From Octopus sinensis (lineage: Eukaryota), in NCBI RefSeq assembly GCF_006345805.1, contig NC_042997.1, positions 8,432,001-8,496,000 of the forward strand: a stretch of 64,000 nt of DNA, written 5' to 3'. This document shows, piece by piece, positions 13,098 through 25,853 of this stretch (within the stretch, counting starts at the first letter, position 1; each line of letters opens with the position of its first letter). The notes below the pieces were generated by a model, which searched no databases, was not told the origin of the DNA, and saw only the letters and a list, made by a program, of their open reading frames with translations. Position numbers and translations under genes: made by a program.

Positions 13098-13439
13098 ACA
13101 ATAGAGACCTTAGATGATGTGCACTAAGAGAAAACTGCACTGATACAGTCATGTAATGCATTATGAAAAGTTTCATCCACTCAAAGCTGATCAGAACTAT
13201 GTAAGACAGAGATCCAGGAAAATATGAAAAGAATTGGTAAAATCGGATTTCAGGATGCTGACTTCAATGAATTAACTATGGAAGATGCATTTACTAGTGC
13301 AAGGCTTGGTGAAATGAATGTTAAAAAGGGTGGTAGTGATGGAGGCTGGGATGTAAAATACATCAACATTTGGGTCAATTTTTATGAGCCTGAATGAATG
13401 AGAATAATGGTTCAGTGAACTATTCACTTGCTTCATTCA

Positions 13440-13536
13440 CATGGCATCTTGAGCGAGTGTTTTCTACTATAGCCTCGGGCCGACCAAAGCCTTGTGAGTG
13501 GATTTGGTAGACAGAAACTGAAAGATGCCCATCGTA

Positions 13537-13608
<72 letters not shown>

Positions 13609-13825
13609 ATATGTTTGTGTGTCTGTGTTTGTCCCCTCCAACATCGCTTGACAACCGATGCTGGTGAGTTTACGTCCCTGTAACTTAGCGGTTCGGCAAA
13701 TGGGACCGATAAAATAAGTACTAGACTTACAAAGAATAAGTCCTGGGGTCGATTTGCTTGACTAAAGGCGGTGCTCCAGCATGGCCACAATCAAATGACT
13801 GAAACAAGTAAAAGAGTAAAGAGTA
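13440..13825 (+). mobile_element. CORE-like SINE, 5'-truncated
   Basis: Body and tail match 8125 and 9137. Confidence 0.85.
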
Positions 13826-16344
13826 TAACAATGACCCAAATGAGTTCCATGTACTAGAAATAACAATGACAATATGTTCATGTTAAGTCTACATCTGCTA
13901 TCTCTCACTTCCCCCCTCTCTCTCTCTAACTCATTCATCTCTTGATCACTTCTCTGCTCTCCAGTCATTCTTTCTTATATTCACTGTACTATGCATTCTC
14001 ATCCTGCCTTGGGCTCTCATTTCCTTGATGGAATCATAAAGGTACTGGTGTGGTATTCGGCATATCTTGAGCACCCTTTTAAACATAGTGCCAGACCATA
14101 CCTCTACAAGACTAACTACAACCAATTTCTTTCAGGAAGCAACACAGGCAGAAATAAAAGTTGAGAGACAGAAGAATATTTACTTCAGAATGGGAATGTT
14201 ATTTAATCCTTCAACCCCAAGAGGATGGATAGAAGAGTTGACTTTATCAGGATTTTCACTTTGAATGCAGAACCAGAACAATTTCCGCAAAGTGATATAT
14301 CTACAACTCTAACAGTTCTGTCAAATGGCTACCTTACTATGCTGTCTGCGTAACTTAGAATGGCAATGCATGTCTCCTATTCATTCTTTCATGGTAGCTA
14401 TCTAACTAAGGATGGCTTTGGATCTATCCATACTTTAAAGATATTTCATTCCTGATTATATATCATTTGTAAGACAACATTCTGCAATATATTCTTTATA
14501 AAAGATGGGTATCATTTGCAAGAGATTGTTCTGCTATTTCTAGAAAGTTGGCAGCCATATAGAGGCCGCCTTGTTGATTTGGATAAGTGTTGGTAGTTCT
14601 GCTAGGAAAGTTATACAATGTGCCTGAGATCCATGTACTAGAATTAATGATGACAACATCTGTTCTAGCTTCAAACAGAAATTCTAGAAGCAAGGCAATA
14701 GTTCTGCCATTGGCTATTTAGCAAACAGCAGCCATGACTCAATAATGGCATCTGCTTCTATATTCCATTGGAAATAAATATGATAAATTGATTTATTATG
14801 TGTTCTAGTAGATGTGAAGTTTCCACCTCAATAAAGATGGGATATTATATGATATTATCTGAGTCAATGAGAGAGCATCTATATCATTGGTCAAATAGCT
14901 GGAAATAGCAACCAAATTGTCTTCAAATTTCATTCTATCATCTTAAAAGAAAATTGAAGGACAAATTTTAAAAATGGGATGGTCACTGTTTGAATGTATT
15001 TGATCTTCGGTTTGCTCAGTCAGAGCTGGCTTGGGTCTAAACAACAATACCAACCATTTAGGATATTATATTTCATCCCTGTTTATTTGATAGAAATGTA
15101 ACCAAGTTCTTTGTTAGTCAGTATACAGTAGCAGACATATAACTTACAGTTATTTGTTCTTCCATGAATTTCTTATATAAATGTCATTGCTGAGTCACTG
15201 ATCAACCTTGGCTGTCTAAATGTCTAAATGTATGATCAATGGCATTCAAGGGAAAATTAACTTTGCCAGCATATTTTTTTTTTTCAGAAACAATCTATGT
15301 AGAGCAAGATATTTGCAAATTCTAAAAAATGGATGTAATCCAAGGAATATTTAGCTACTGCTTTTAATATGTCAAGCAAACTCAGAGAGCAGTGTTTCCA
15401 AACCATTTTCTGCTCTTGCATCTCTAGGAAATGTTTAATTAATTTTTCCCAGTATCGCATTGGAAGATTAAAAAGTCAGTTTTCTAATAACTCAATTTTT
15501 TTTTATTGAACTACACACAGTACTATTAGTAAACAAATTAAACTCTAAAAAATAAGCTTTCGACACAAAGGCAAATATAAATTGAGTAATTATAGAAAAA
15601 CTGTAAACAGTGAAATAAATCATAACTGTGAACATAATATTCATGGACTTCTTTGTAGCTGTTCCTCATTCATGACTTTATTAAAACGTGGAATTTTCCT
15701 GCCTGTAAATTCAGTTGACTTTTATATTTTTTATTGATTGGTAAGAGAGAATTGAATCCAGATATATAAAGCTATGTGTTTGCAAATGGAGTGAGGACAC
15801 TGTTTAAGTCATATAAATGTCTTAAGGGTTAAATCTATATATGGTGTACTTCGCAGAAAAAAGTTATTTTTAAGAATTAGTTAATAATTTTATTCAGAAA
15901 AGTAATTTTAATAAAAAAAAAAGTACATTCCTTCTTTGTTTGCACATCCTGAAACACATCTTACACTCCAAAGGTATGTAAACACCCCAGTTTATGAATC
16001 CTTGCCATAAAGACTCTCTCATTGACTTGGTTTGTTATATAATATTTTTAAAAGATTTGCTATGTAAAGGACTCATTTGGATCAATGTTATATCCCTAGT
16101 TCTATGTAGTATTCATTGTTCACTAAACACACTTCTATTTTACTTTGTTCAAGATAAATCTGAGATACAGATATAACATAGCTCGTTGTACCAATGAGGA
16201 GTCTCTATGAAGTTATTTAATCTACTAGAAATAGCCACAAATGTTCCTCAATTTCATGATCTTGTGATCAGAGGTACCTATCGATGGGCAATCAAACTTA
16301 TTGACTTTTTAACAACCAAGCATAGTAACTGGTATTTTTTTTTA

Positions 16345-16649
16345 TTTATGCTCCCTTTTCAAGCCTATCCAGGCTCATGGGCCTGGTTTCCCGGTTTCTG
16401 TGGTGTATGCCCCCCCCCCAGCTGGATTGGACGCCAGTCCATTGCAGCATTACTCAAGAAACAGGAAGAAAGAGTGAGAGAAAGTTGTGGTGAAAGAGTA
16501 CAACAGGGGTCGTCCCCCCCCCTGCAGGAGCCTTGTGAAGCTTTAGGCATTTTCACTCAATAAACACACACAACGCCTGGTCTGGGAATTGAAACTGCGA
16601 TCCTCTGACCACGAGACCGCTGCCCTACCCACTGGGCCATTACGCCTCC
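16345..16649 (-). mobile_element. tRNA-head SINE (family B) with 11-bp TSD
   Basis: aactggtattt at 16328-16338 and 16652-16662. Confidence 0.85.
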
Positions 16650-17083
16650 ACAACTGGTATTTATTTTATCAAATTTGTCATCTTATAAGCTGAAGAATTC
16701 ATTATTTAGTATATAAAGACATAAAAAAATAAAGACAGGATGGACACGACTTGAATGCCCTTAATCATAAGTCTGCTTGATCAAGCCTGATCTCAAACTA
16801 AACAACTAACACCAACAATGGCAACTGGTAGTGTGTTTGGGAGAAACTATGAACACATAGGAGTTATTTTGTGATTTAATCTGCTGGATTTATGCATAAG
16901 CTACTAACATAGGGTTTCACAATTCATAGATGACTCAAAATAAATATAGCACAAATATGTCTTCAATTTATAAGAGACAATCTGATGTAATTTTTGCAAA
17001 AATGGACCCCAAAGCTTTCTGTTTCCCAATCTAAATCACACAGCACTGATCACACAGCATAACCTGCCATACTATGCAGCACC

Positions 17084-17084
<1 letters not shown>

Positions 17085-17143
<59 letters not shown>

Positions 17144-17259
17144 GGTGGTGGTGGTGCTGGTGCTGGTGGTGCTGGTGGTTCTGGTGCTGGTGGTGCTGGT
17201 GGTATTGATGGTGGTGGTGATAGTAGTAGTAGTAGCAGCAGCAGCAGCAGCAGTAGTAT

Positions 17260-17300
<41 letters not shown>
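17085..17300. repeat. Compound (TAG)n/(TGG)n/(CAG)n microsatellite
   Basis: Read directly from the sequence. Confidence 0.95.
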
Positions 17301-17301
<1 letters not shown>

Positions 17302-19175
17302 AGTTACTACTTTATCATAGTTTATTACTTCTAATCCATTGGAAATATCTTTCCATACTCCTGGGTAGGATATGCGGTTGCCTTACTGTAAAGGATTTGG
17401 TTTACCTTTGTTGTTGTTTAGCCCTGAGTCAGTCTTGCTCAAGCACACCTATGACCAAAGATAATCCAGCTATGATCATTGTGCCACTATTCATATGACT
17501 ACATCGCTATTGTTGTATTTTTTTCTGTTATAAGACAATAAGGAACAATTTGAGTGAGATTCGTTTGCTATCTTTATGAAGTTGAGTGACCATGTAGATG
17601 TTCCTTCATTGACATGTAATTTCACCTTTATGTTGAAAATAGGTACCAGAACCTTTGATGTAGCCACTTTGTTAAGCATAAGAGCAGGAACATAATTTGC
17701 TTAGTAGGTGCAAACCCAGGACCCACTTAAGGTGTCCAGAGTGCCTTCATTGCCCACCAAAAATTTTAGGTGTGTTTGCACCTATTACACCTCCTGTTTC
17801 CAAGCCTATATTATTATGGCTTGCATATATCTCTGTCTTTTACCTACAACACAACAGCGTTTCCTTTTTTATTTATTTATTTATTTATTTATTTGTTTTT
17901 GTTTTTTTTTGTTATTCTTCGTTTCGATAAGCCTAGAAGAGGAAGCAGTAAACATTGCTTTCACAGAGGCCCTCTGAGACAGGTAAGATTGATGCTGTTA
18001 ATGTTACGCATAAACAGTTGCAATCTAATGACTGCAGGAAAGGCATGTGCTGTGTAGCAATTCCAGAGACATAGAATTTAAACAGTGGCTCCCTGATCCA
18101 TGAATTTTCTGAAATGTTTAACCCTATAATGCCTACTGTTAATAATACTTGATGCTTCAAATACTATGCTCTAATGGGAAGAAAACAAAATTTAAAACTT
18201 GGACAAGCTCTAAGGATTCTTCATATTTGAACAACATTATTACATGCAAGCAATTAAAATATCTGTTTGCTGTTGCAAATTTTTCAGTCATGCTTTTAGC
18301 TAATGTTTGCCAATTATATTTTTTTCCTGCATATTGATAATTTAGGTGTTAAGCGGTTGATTAAGCTATTAGTTTTTTAAAACTTTTTACAGTTTGTATA
18401 TTCATTACTTCTTGAATGAAGTACTACAATGTTAAGTTCTCCTAACAAGTAACTTGTTGCATTAGAATTACTTTGCAACAAATTCATACATTTTGAAAAC
18501 ACATCACAGAGTGATATGATAAAATTTTAAAAAATGCCAAATACACAACTAAAATATACTGTATGATAAATTCTTGAGACAACCTCAGCTAAAACATACT
18601 AATACCAAATACAACAAAAATCATCGCAAGCAACTAAACAAAAGAAAAAAAAAGATAAAACAAGCAAAGGCAGCAAGCAGTTTGTGTTCGATGCAAACAA
18701 CCAAACATTAAATAAAACACTAAATTATGTTATAATCCACATCAACAATTCCATCAATAGCCATGCCTCATCATCTGTTACAATAACTTGGCATAAATTT
18801 TCTCACAGATACACTCCAGCTTCTGGCCCAAAGAGATGTGTCCTCACCCCTTTTCTCTTTCCAACATTAAAACAGTGGCATTGGCATCTTTGAGCTGTGA
18901 GGTTGGTTCCATGTTACTTCTTCCCGAGCAATCTTGAGTATTCCATCTTTCTTTTTCTCTACTTCACATTACCCCTTTTTGTGGGGTGGGGATAAAGGTA
19001 GACCCAAAGATATTGCTCTACTCACATACACACACACACATATACACTACTCAATAAAAAAATAAGTATTGGGACCGATTCATTTTACTAAAATGTTCTT
19101 TAAGAGGCAGTGCCCCAGCATGGCTGCAGACTAATTACTGAAACAAAAGAAAAAAAATAAACATATGTGTGTGTA

Positions 19176-19269
<94 letters not shown>

Positions 19270-19445
19270 AATATCTGAAGGTTCAGTAAATTGTATTATT
19301 ATTGTATTATTATATTGCAATTTGCTGAATGTTCAGATGTTAATATGCTAGACCACTGGTATCAAATTGATGTTAATTAAATTGATATCCAATTTCTCAC
19401 CATCATTTTAAATTTATATATATATATATATATATATCTCAATGT

Positions 19446-19625
19446 CATCATCATCATCATGATTTAATGTCTGTTGTCCATGCTGACATGGGCTGGATGG
19501 TTTGACTGGGGCTGGCAAGCTAGAAGGCTGCACCGGACTCCAATCTGATTTGGCATGGTTTCTACAGCTGGATGCCTTTCCTAATGCCAACTACTGCAAG
19601 AGTGTAATGGGTGCTTTTTCATGCC
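19446..19625 (-). mobile_element. (GAT)n-tailed SINE/RTE-type family
   Basis: Same motif set as 7437. Confidence 0.7.
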
Positions 19626-19848
19626 ACCAGCTGTGTGACACTAGTATCTGCTACAACTGCGATTTTGCTCGACTTGATGGGTCTTCTTCTCAAGCTTGAC
19701 ATAATGCCAAAGGTCTCAGACATTGTCTTCATGAGGTCCAACACTCCAAAAGTGCTTTAAAGATCTCAGCCATTGCCTCCGAGAGGCCCATGTCTGCGAT
19801 TTTGACTGTGATTTTGTTCAGCTTGATGGGTCTTCATCTCTTTATAAT

Positions 19849-20155
19849 CTTTTACTTGTTTCAGTCATGTGACTGTGGCCATGCTGGAGCACCAACTTTA
19901 GTTGAGCAAATATATGTATATATATATGTGTGTGTGCATATGTTTGTGTGTCAGTGTTTGTCCCCCCAACATCACTTGACAACCAATGCTGGAGTGCTTA
20001 CATCCCCGTAACTTAGGGGTTCGGCAAAAGAGACCGATATAATAAGTATTAGGCTTACAAAGAATAAGTCCTTGGGGTTTATTTGCTTGACTAAAGTTGG
20101 TGCTCCAGCATGGCCCCAGTCAAATGACTGAAACAAGTAAAAGAGTAAAAGAGTA
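19849..20155 (+). mobile_element. CORE-like SINE 3' half with an inverted duplicate of its own 3' end
   Basis: 19849-19911 is the reverse complement of 20081-20143. Confidence 0.8.
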
Positions 20156-20691
20156 ATGATCTGATCATCCCTAGCCTGAGGAAGAAAGACACATAATACT
20201 TGAAAAGAAGTTGGAGTGGTCATGGTCAGTATGTCTCTGATAACATGGATATCCAGCCTCGGTTAATAAACATCATTAACAATAACAACACCAACAGGTG
20301 TAAGTGCTAAGTTCATGCAGTTGAAACATGTGTTATGGTCTAGTAATTTAGCATCTCGTTTAAGCATAAAAGTCATGCCTGAAATGCTAACATTTATAAT
20401 GAAAAATATCAACACATCCCTTTTTATGAATATTTATTATTTTTCTAATGACTTCATCCAAAAAGTTGTTTAGTTTAATTGAAATCTGCAAAATGGCCAC
20501 ATCATCTTCTATCTCACAGACACACATATATTTATGTGTGTGTGTGTGTGTGTGTGCATGAAGAGAGTGATAGAATAAGTACCTGGTTTAAAAGATAAAT
20601 TGGTTTGTTTAGTCAAAACCCTCCAATGCAGTGTGCAAGGGTGGCCACAGTCCTATGACTGAAAGAAATAAAAGATAAAAGGAGAAAAGAT

Positions 20692-20731
<40 letters not shown>

Positions 20732-20734
20732 GCA

Positions 20735-20974
20735 TATGCACCAATCCGACTGTGGCCGATGCCAGCCTCGCCTGGCACCAGTGCAGGTGGCACGTAAAAA
20801 GCACCCACTACACTCACGGAGTGGTTGGTGTTAGGAAGGGCATCCAGCTGTAGAAACATTGCCAGATAAGACCGGAGCCTGGTGCAGCCTTCTGGCTTCC
20901 CAGATCCCCGGTCGAACCGTCCAACCCATGCTAGCATGGAGAACGGACGTTAAACGATGATGATGATGATGATG
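20735..20974 (+). mobile_element. (GAT)n-tailed SINE/RTE-type family, young copy
   Basis: Ends ...gcatggagaacggacgttaaacgatgatgatg. Confidence 0.8.
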
Positions 20975-22489
20975 ACATATATATATATATATACAGACAC
21001 ATATATACATACACATATACACATTCACACATATACACAAGCATCCACTCGCATGTTTATGTATATATGCAACTGCATGCATGTGTGTATGTGTGTGAAG
21101 TGATGAGGTGGACTTATGTTTAAACATAAGCTAGGACAGGATGACACTGGTACTGGATTGAGAATGTGTAATCTTTTCAATGAAAAGTTGAAATGCTTTC
21201 AGATTCAGCTTTAGAAATGAATAGATTTTTGTTTCAGCTCGTTTAATATTAATATCAATGAGAAAGTAAATAAAGAGAAAGAGAAATAAGCAAAAACTAA
21301 CTTGTTTTTCTTGCAATGACTGACACATGCATGATTTGTGTGTTTTTGTTCTTTATTTTGTTATTTGTTTTTTTGTTGTTTTTTTTCCCACCCATTTTTT
21401 CTTTCTTTCTATTTGTCCATATTTTGTGCAGATGTAAAGAAAAAATTGTGATGATTCGCCAATAAGCAGAACCAGAAATATACACATTAAATTTGAAGGT
21501 TTTCTTTCAGTTGAAAGCAATATTTTCAATTCATTCAGAAATAACAAAAACATCATGTTAATATTTAGAAGCGTTTTATTCTTAACAGATAAATATAAAC
21601 CTCAAAATTTCATTCAGCAAAAATCAGTATAAGTTTTATTCTTTCACTATTCTTCTCAATGTGTACATATTAATGATATATGCAATTTTCTGTATTCCTT
21701 ATTTTTTTAAATGCTTATAACATTTAAGTTAAAACATGAGTCATTATACCTGTCTTCATCATTTCATTTATACATTGAGTCAAGCTAAATTAATTTGATT
21801 GATCAAATAAGAAAGTTTACTTGATCCATAGAAAATATGAAAATTCTGTCAAAACCTATCAAACTTCAGGTTTAAAATATTCAACTATTATATGGAAGAA
21901 AGGCAATGATTTTCCTGACAAGTAAACTTGGATGATTATTCCTGGATAATCTGCAACAGCTGCAGAAGTAATCTGAGTATGGAGTACAACGTGTTCATTG
22001 TGAATTTGTATGAAATGCTGGGGCTGAGTACAGACACTCAAACTCCATCCCAAAAAATTATGAAGAAAATGAAGAGGACGAACTAAAAATCATCTTACCG
22101 AAAAATCAAAAAAAATCAACAAAGCAGTGCACTTTTAGTACAACGGACTTTCCAAAGAAGTCGTTGATGCGCACATGCACTCCCAAACAAGCACACATAA
22201 GCAACCAGTTAAGTTCAGAAAATAAACAAAATACACAAGATAGATTATTGGTAAAATTAAAGCTAAGATATTACAACGAACTTAGAGATTTCAACCTGGA
22301 CGATGTTGTTTCACTTGCACTCACACACAATTTGAGAAATAGTTAAGTGAGTAGGGATATGGAGTATCCCAACTCAAATCGATGTGATCAAGCAAGCAAT
22401 CCCAACCAGTCGGGAATCACGGTATCCTTCCAAGTGCTGAATACAAAACGTGGCTCGCAAGACCTCTGTTCATGTAATTTCCCTGAGTC

Positions 22490-22640
22490 ACCATCTCACC
22501 GTTGTATGCCAATCCATTGCAAGGCTACTCATATACAGCTGAGTAGACTGGAGCAACGCGAAATGAAGTGTTTCGCTCAAGAACAAAATGCACAGCCAGT
22601 CTGGAAATTAAAACCATGATCCAGCGAACACGATTGCAAC
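22490..22640 (-). mobile_element. tRNA-head SINE (family C), degenerate
   Basis: Homologous to 51691-51901 (ttcttgagcgaaacacttcatttcgcgttgctccagtc). Confidence 0.7.
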
Positions 22641-22699
22641 TCCCTAAACACTGGGCCATGTGTGTGTGTGTTTTCAAAATCTTAATACACCTGTAGTGA

Positions 22700-23050
22700 T
22701 ATTATAACGGTGCGCGCGCGCGCACCGTCCATCTTCTATTTCGCGCGTGTTGGTGCCTTCACCAAGGCACAGAAAGGAAGGGCCCTCTCGCGCATGCGCG
22801 AACCACCGGAAGCACGACCCTATTGCCTACGTAGCAGTTAGCGAGCCAAGGGGCCGTAGAACGTTTGACCACTAGCGGCAGCAAGCGGCGACTTGGGACC
22901 CAGCGATTGAAGGCGACGTCACGCGATATATTTTCTCTCCGTTCGAACTAGATTCTAGCAGCCGTCGGCCGAATGCCTTTAACCAAATTGTTGCCGACCA
23001 CATTCAACTTCCCTGTTCGACGCCATCTTGACCCCTTTCTGTTTTTGGGC
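22700..23050. promoter_or_regulatory. CpG-rich housekeeping-type promoter
   Basis: NRF1 palindrome tcgcgcatgcgcga 22788-22801, ETS CCGGAAG 22806-22812, CRE-like gacgtcac 22915-22922, YY1 CGCCATCTT 23021-23029, minus-strand pyrimidine (TCT-like) initiator ccttcctttct about 22771-22781. Very high local CpG density. Confidence 0.8.
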
Positions 23051-23539
23051 TGAAGATTGTAAATATTACAATCTATTAACTTTCAGCCTTGCGCGCCCAG
23101 AATCAAGGACATCAGATAACACACTTATTGTTATTGTTAACAAGAAAGAGAATAAAGTAGTTATATATATTTCACGTCTGCGTCTTGTTGTTTCTGACTA
23201 GTAGAATTCTGGATTATTAAAGCAACGGCTAGTGAGAGTGATCGCTTTGTGCACCCCAAAAGTGCACGAGGATATTGACTCAAACTAAGTTCGTTTCACA
23301 CCCTTCAATATCTAGTTTAACGTTTCTCATCCTCTCCCTTTAGCATTTGAAGGCGTCTTTTACACTACCTTTCATCCTTTGCTCTCACCATACAACTTCA
23401 GGTCATCCATAAAAATAGACGGTTGGTTTTTTTTTTTGCTGTTTTTTTTTAACTCATATCCAAATGGTATTTTAATTGTTTTTTAGTAACAATATCTAAA
23501 GAATCACGTGCAAAGTAAATAATAAATGAGACATTGTTT

Positions 23540-24200
23540 TCTTGAAAAGTCCCACTCTACATTCTTAACTTCCCTATGTTGTGTCCATAAGATCTGAGTT
23601 CAATCTTCCAAATTTCCATGCTATCTCTCAAAAGACACTTGACATTCTATGCAAACCCAAATATGTTCAGACATTCAATGATCCACAAATGTGGTATCAT
23701 ATTATAGGCTTTGTGCTAATCTATCCAGGTCGTAGGTAAATTTATCATCCTTTGCTTACGATCTTTCGTCACCATTTTTTCTATGAATACTTGGTCCTAA
23801 ATTTCCTTACTACTCCGTTTTCAACCTTGCTACACAATAGGGAAAATTCTCTTGTCACCAAGAAATGCATACATGTATTTCATCGGCGATTATTCCAGTA
23901 AACAGCTTCCACATCAGTAGGAGGCATGATTCGGGTTTGTAATTATCCGCAGTAATCCGTTTTGAGGCACCCTTCAAACACATGACTGTTTGTTCAACAG
24001 TCATCCACTCAGTAATCTTTTCATTTTTGCTGATCGGGGCATTAAGCAGCTTCTGCTGTTTAATTACGGCACCCTGTCGGCTTGTTTTTATCCAGCTCGC
24101 TGAACACCATTAGGTCCAACTACCTTCCAGTTATTCATTTCCTACTACCTTGTCACACCTTTTCTTTTTCAATGTGCATTTCTTCCTGTTGTAGATAAAA
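23540..24200 (-). mobile_element. R4/Dong-clade (RLE-type) LINE RT fragment, degenerate
   Basis: Minus strand reads WID*HKAYNMIPHLWIIECLNIFG...SGTFQ, like the WIDYKKAYD.VPHSWI.ECL...GIFQGD region. Confidence 0.65.
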
Positions 24201-24249
24201 AGAACGGACTCCTTATAATTTTACATCGTTATCATCATCACCATCATCA

Positions 24250-24520
24250 TCCCCATTGTTCTTTTTAACTCAGGTTTTGTTGGAGCCCATGGAGTCTTGC
24301 ACACGTAGCGGGCTTGTACCTGTAACCTCCGGCACCATACTATCTGTTCTTATCAACTATCTAAAACTTACCTGGTTATTCAGGTCATGCGAAAGAGGCA
24401 AAACTTTTGTAACAGTTCTACTGCCTTCTGATACTGTCTCCAAGGATCCAACAATAATTAACGCTATCTTCACCCTCTTCATGTTCCCTACCTAGCTATT
24501 TCGTAGAGGATTTTACATAT
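24250..24520 (-). mobile_element. R4/Dong-clade LINE 3' fragment
   Basis: MKRVKIALIIVGSLETVSEG resembles the RLE C-terminal VPVIIGALGTV motif. Confidence 0.45.
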
Positions 24521-24623
24521 CTATTTTTTCGCCTTCCTTCGTGGGTGAAAGGGGAGCACAACATTTCATATTTTTCCATGTATCATCGTCGTCGTCATCA
24601 TCATCATCATCATCATTATTACT

Positions 24624-24947
24624 GAGTGAGAGAGTAGCGCATCCCATCAAAGTGACACTGGAGTAAAATATACGTAGCCTAATACACCCATCATGATTAC
24701 CCATCTGATAAGGGTACACAAGCACGTACACCACAACCATATGTGTGCAACATAGTGATCTTATATCAAGATAAACAGCACATGACCAGGTGAGGACCTA
24801 TGAGAATATTCTTCGGTTTGAGTAGCCCATCCTATCCAAACAGTCCCTGAATAAGGTTTGTTTAAGGATGATGAGCAAAACCCATATTTCCAGAGGTAAA
24901 TAATTCAAATCCAAAAAATTCCTCACAACACATAGCTATAATGCTCC
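24624..24947 (-). mobile_element. TAA-associated non-autonomous retroposon, truncated copy
   Basis: Homologous to 26217-26703 and 53578-54131. Same 3' end ...ctctctcactc(a)gtaataat. Confidence 0.8.
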
Positions 24948-25430
24948 GCTTTTGCTATCATTCCTAGGGCACATATGATAACAGGTATTGCTTTAGTCTT
25001 CAGGTTCCACATTTTGCTCATTTCTATTTCAAGATCTTTATACTTGCTCAGTTTTTGGTAGGTCTTGACAGATACGTTTATATCAATTGGGACAGTCATA
25101 TCAATGAGGAGGCATGATTTTTGTCTGAAGTCTTTCAATATGATGTCTGGCATACTTGCATCTATTTTTCTGTCAGTTTGAATGGTGAAGTTCTAGAGGA
25201 GTGAGATGTGATCATTTTCAAGCACTGGGAGTGTTTGTGATCCCACCAGTTTTTATCATGGGGCAATTCCAGGTTTTTGCAAATTACCCAGTGAATATAT
25301 TGGGCAGCTCTATCATGCCTGTTAAGATACTCTGTAGGCGCAAGAAAATTGCACATGGAGACAACATGATCAATGGTCTCATTTTGTTGTTGACATACAC
25401 GACATATTCGGGAGCGAGGTCCGGAGTATT
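24948..25430 (-). mobile_element. R4/Dong-clade LINE 3' region (CCHC knuckle plus restriction-like endonuclease)
   Basis: CRVCQQQNETIDHVVSMC...RHDRAAQYIHW...PDIILKD...CLLIDMTVP...KLSKYKDLEIE...IPVIICALGMI. Confidence 0.9.
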
Positions 25431-25800
25431 CGAGCGGTTCCAAGCAGTGCTGTTTTCTGCAAGTGCTCCACACTAATTACAACCCCTATTTGTTCCATGT
25501 ACTTCTCGAGATTTCTATTCACTGTTCCTAGGGCTACGACAATTATTGGTACTACTACCACATTTTTTCCTCGACCACAACTGCTTAACCTTCCAAGCTA
25601 ACCTGTCATATGTATCGACTTTTCTTTCTTCCTTATCGTATACCTTGTTGTCAGCTGAGCATGCTATATCTATGATCCAGCATCGTATGCTTACTTTCTC
25701 AATTAACACTGTCTGGCTCCCTATTCCTATTTTCATGGTCGCACTCAATCATAAAAATCCCATAGGATCTTTGCATTATCATTTTCGATTATGCCTTTAG
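25430..25800 (-). mobile_element. Second R4/Dong-clade LINE 3' end
   Basis: CWIIDIAC...EERKVDTYDRL...VVVPIIVVALGTV...LQKTALLGTARILR. Confidence 0.85.
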
Positions 25801-25853
25801 GTTCATGTTCGTAACACTTCCCTACACACACTCACACACACACACAGAGTTTC

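Noticed and set aside
13200-13400. Short plus-strand ORF KRIGKIGFQDADFNELTMED...
   Set aside because: At most a weak likeness to a Tigger/pogo transposase tail; no TIRs or DDE region could be verified.
14496-14693. ORF with DVVIINSSTW, similar to the PC-esterase (PCED1) motif
   Set aside because: Needs a frameshift to continue, has no supporting splice sites or further motifs, and could be chance.
21600-21980. C/D-box-like words (ATGATGA...CTGA) near the promoter
   Set aside because: Spacing is wrong or the interior is AT-rich, with no terminal stem and no recognisable rRNA guide.
22820-23050. Possible structured ncRNA (telomerase RNA, RNase P/MRP, 7SK, U12, H/ACA) in the CpG island
   Set aside because: A gtcggc/gccgac hairpin followed by ACA is present, but there is no H box, no CUAACCC template and no conserved RNase P, 7SK or U12 motifs. 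Promoter motifs explain the region better.
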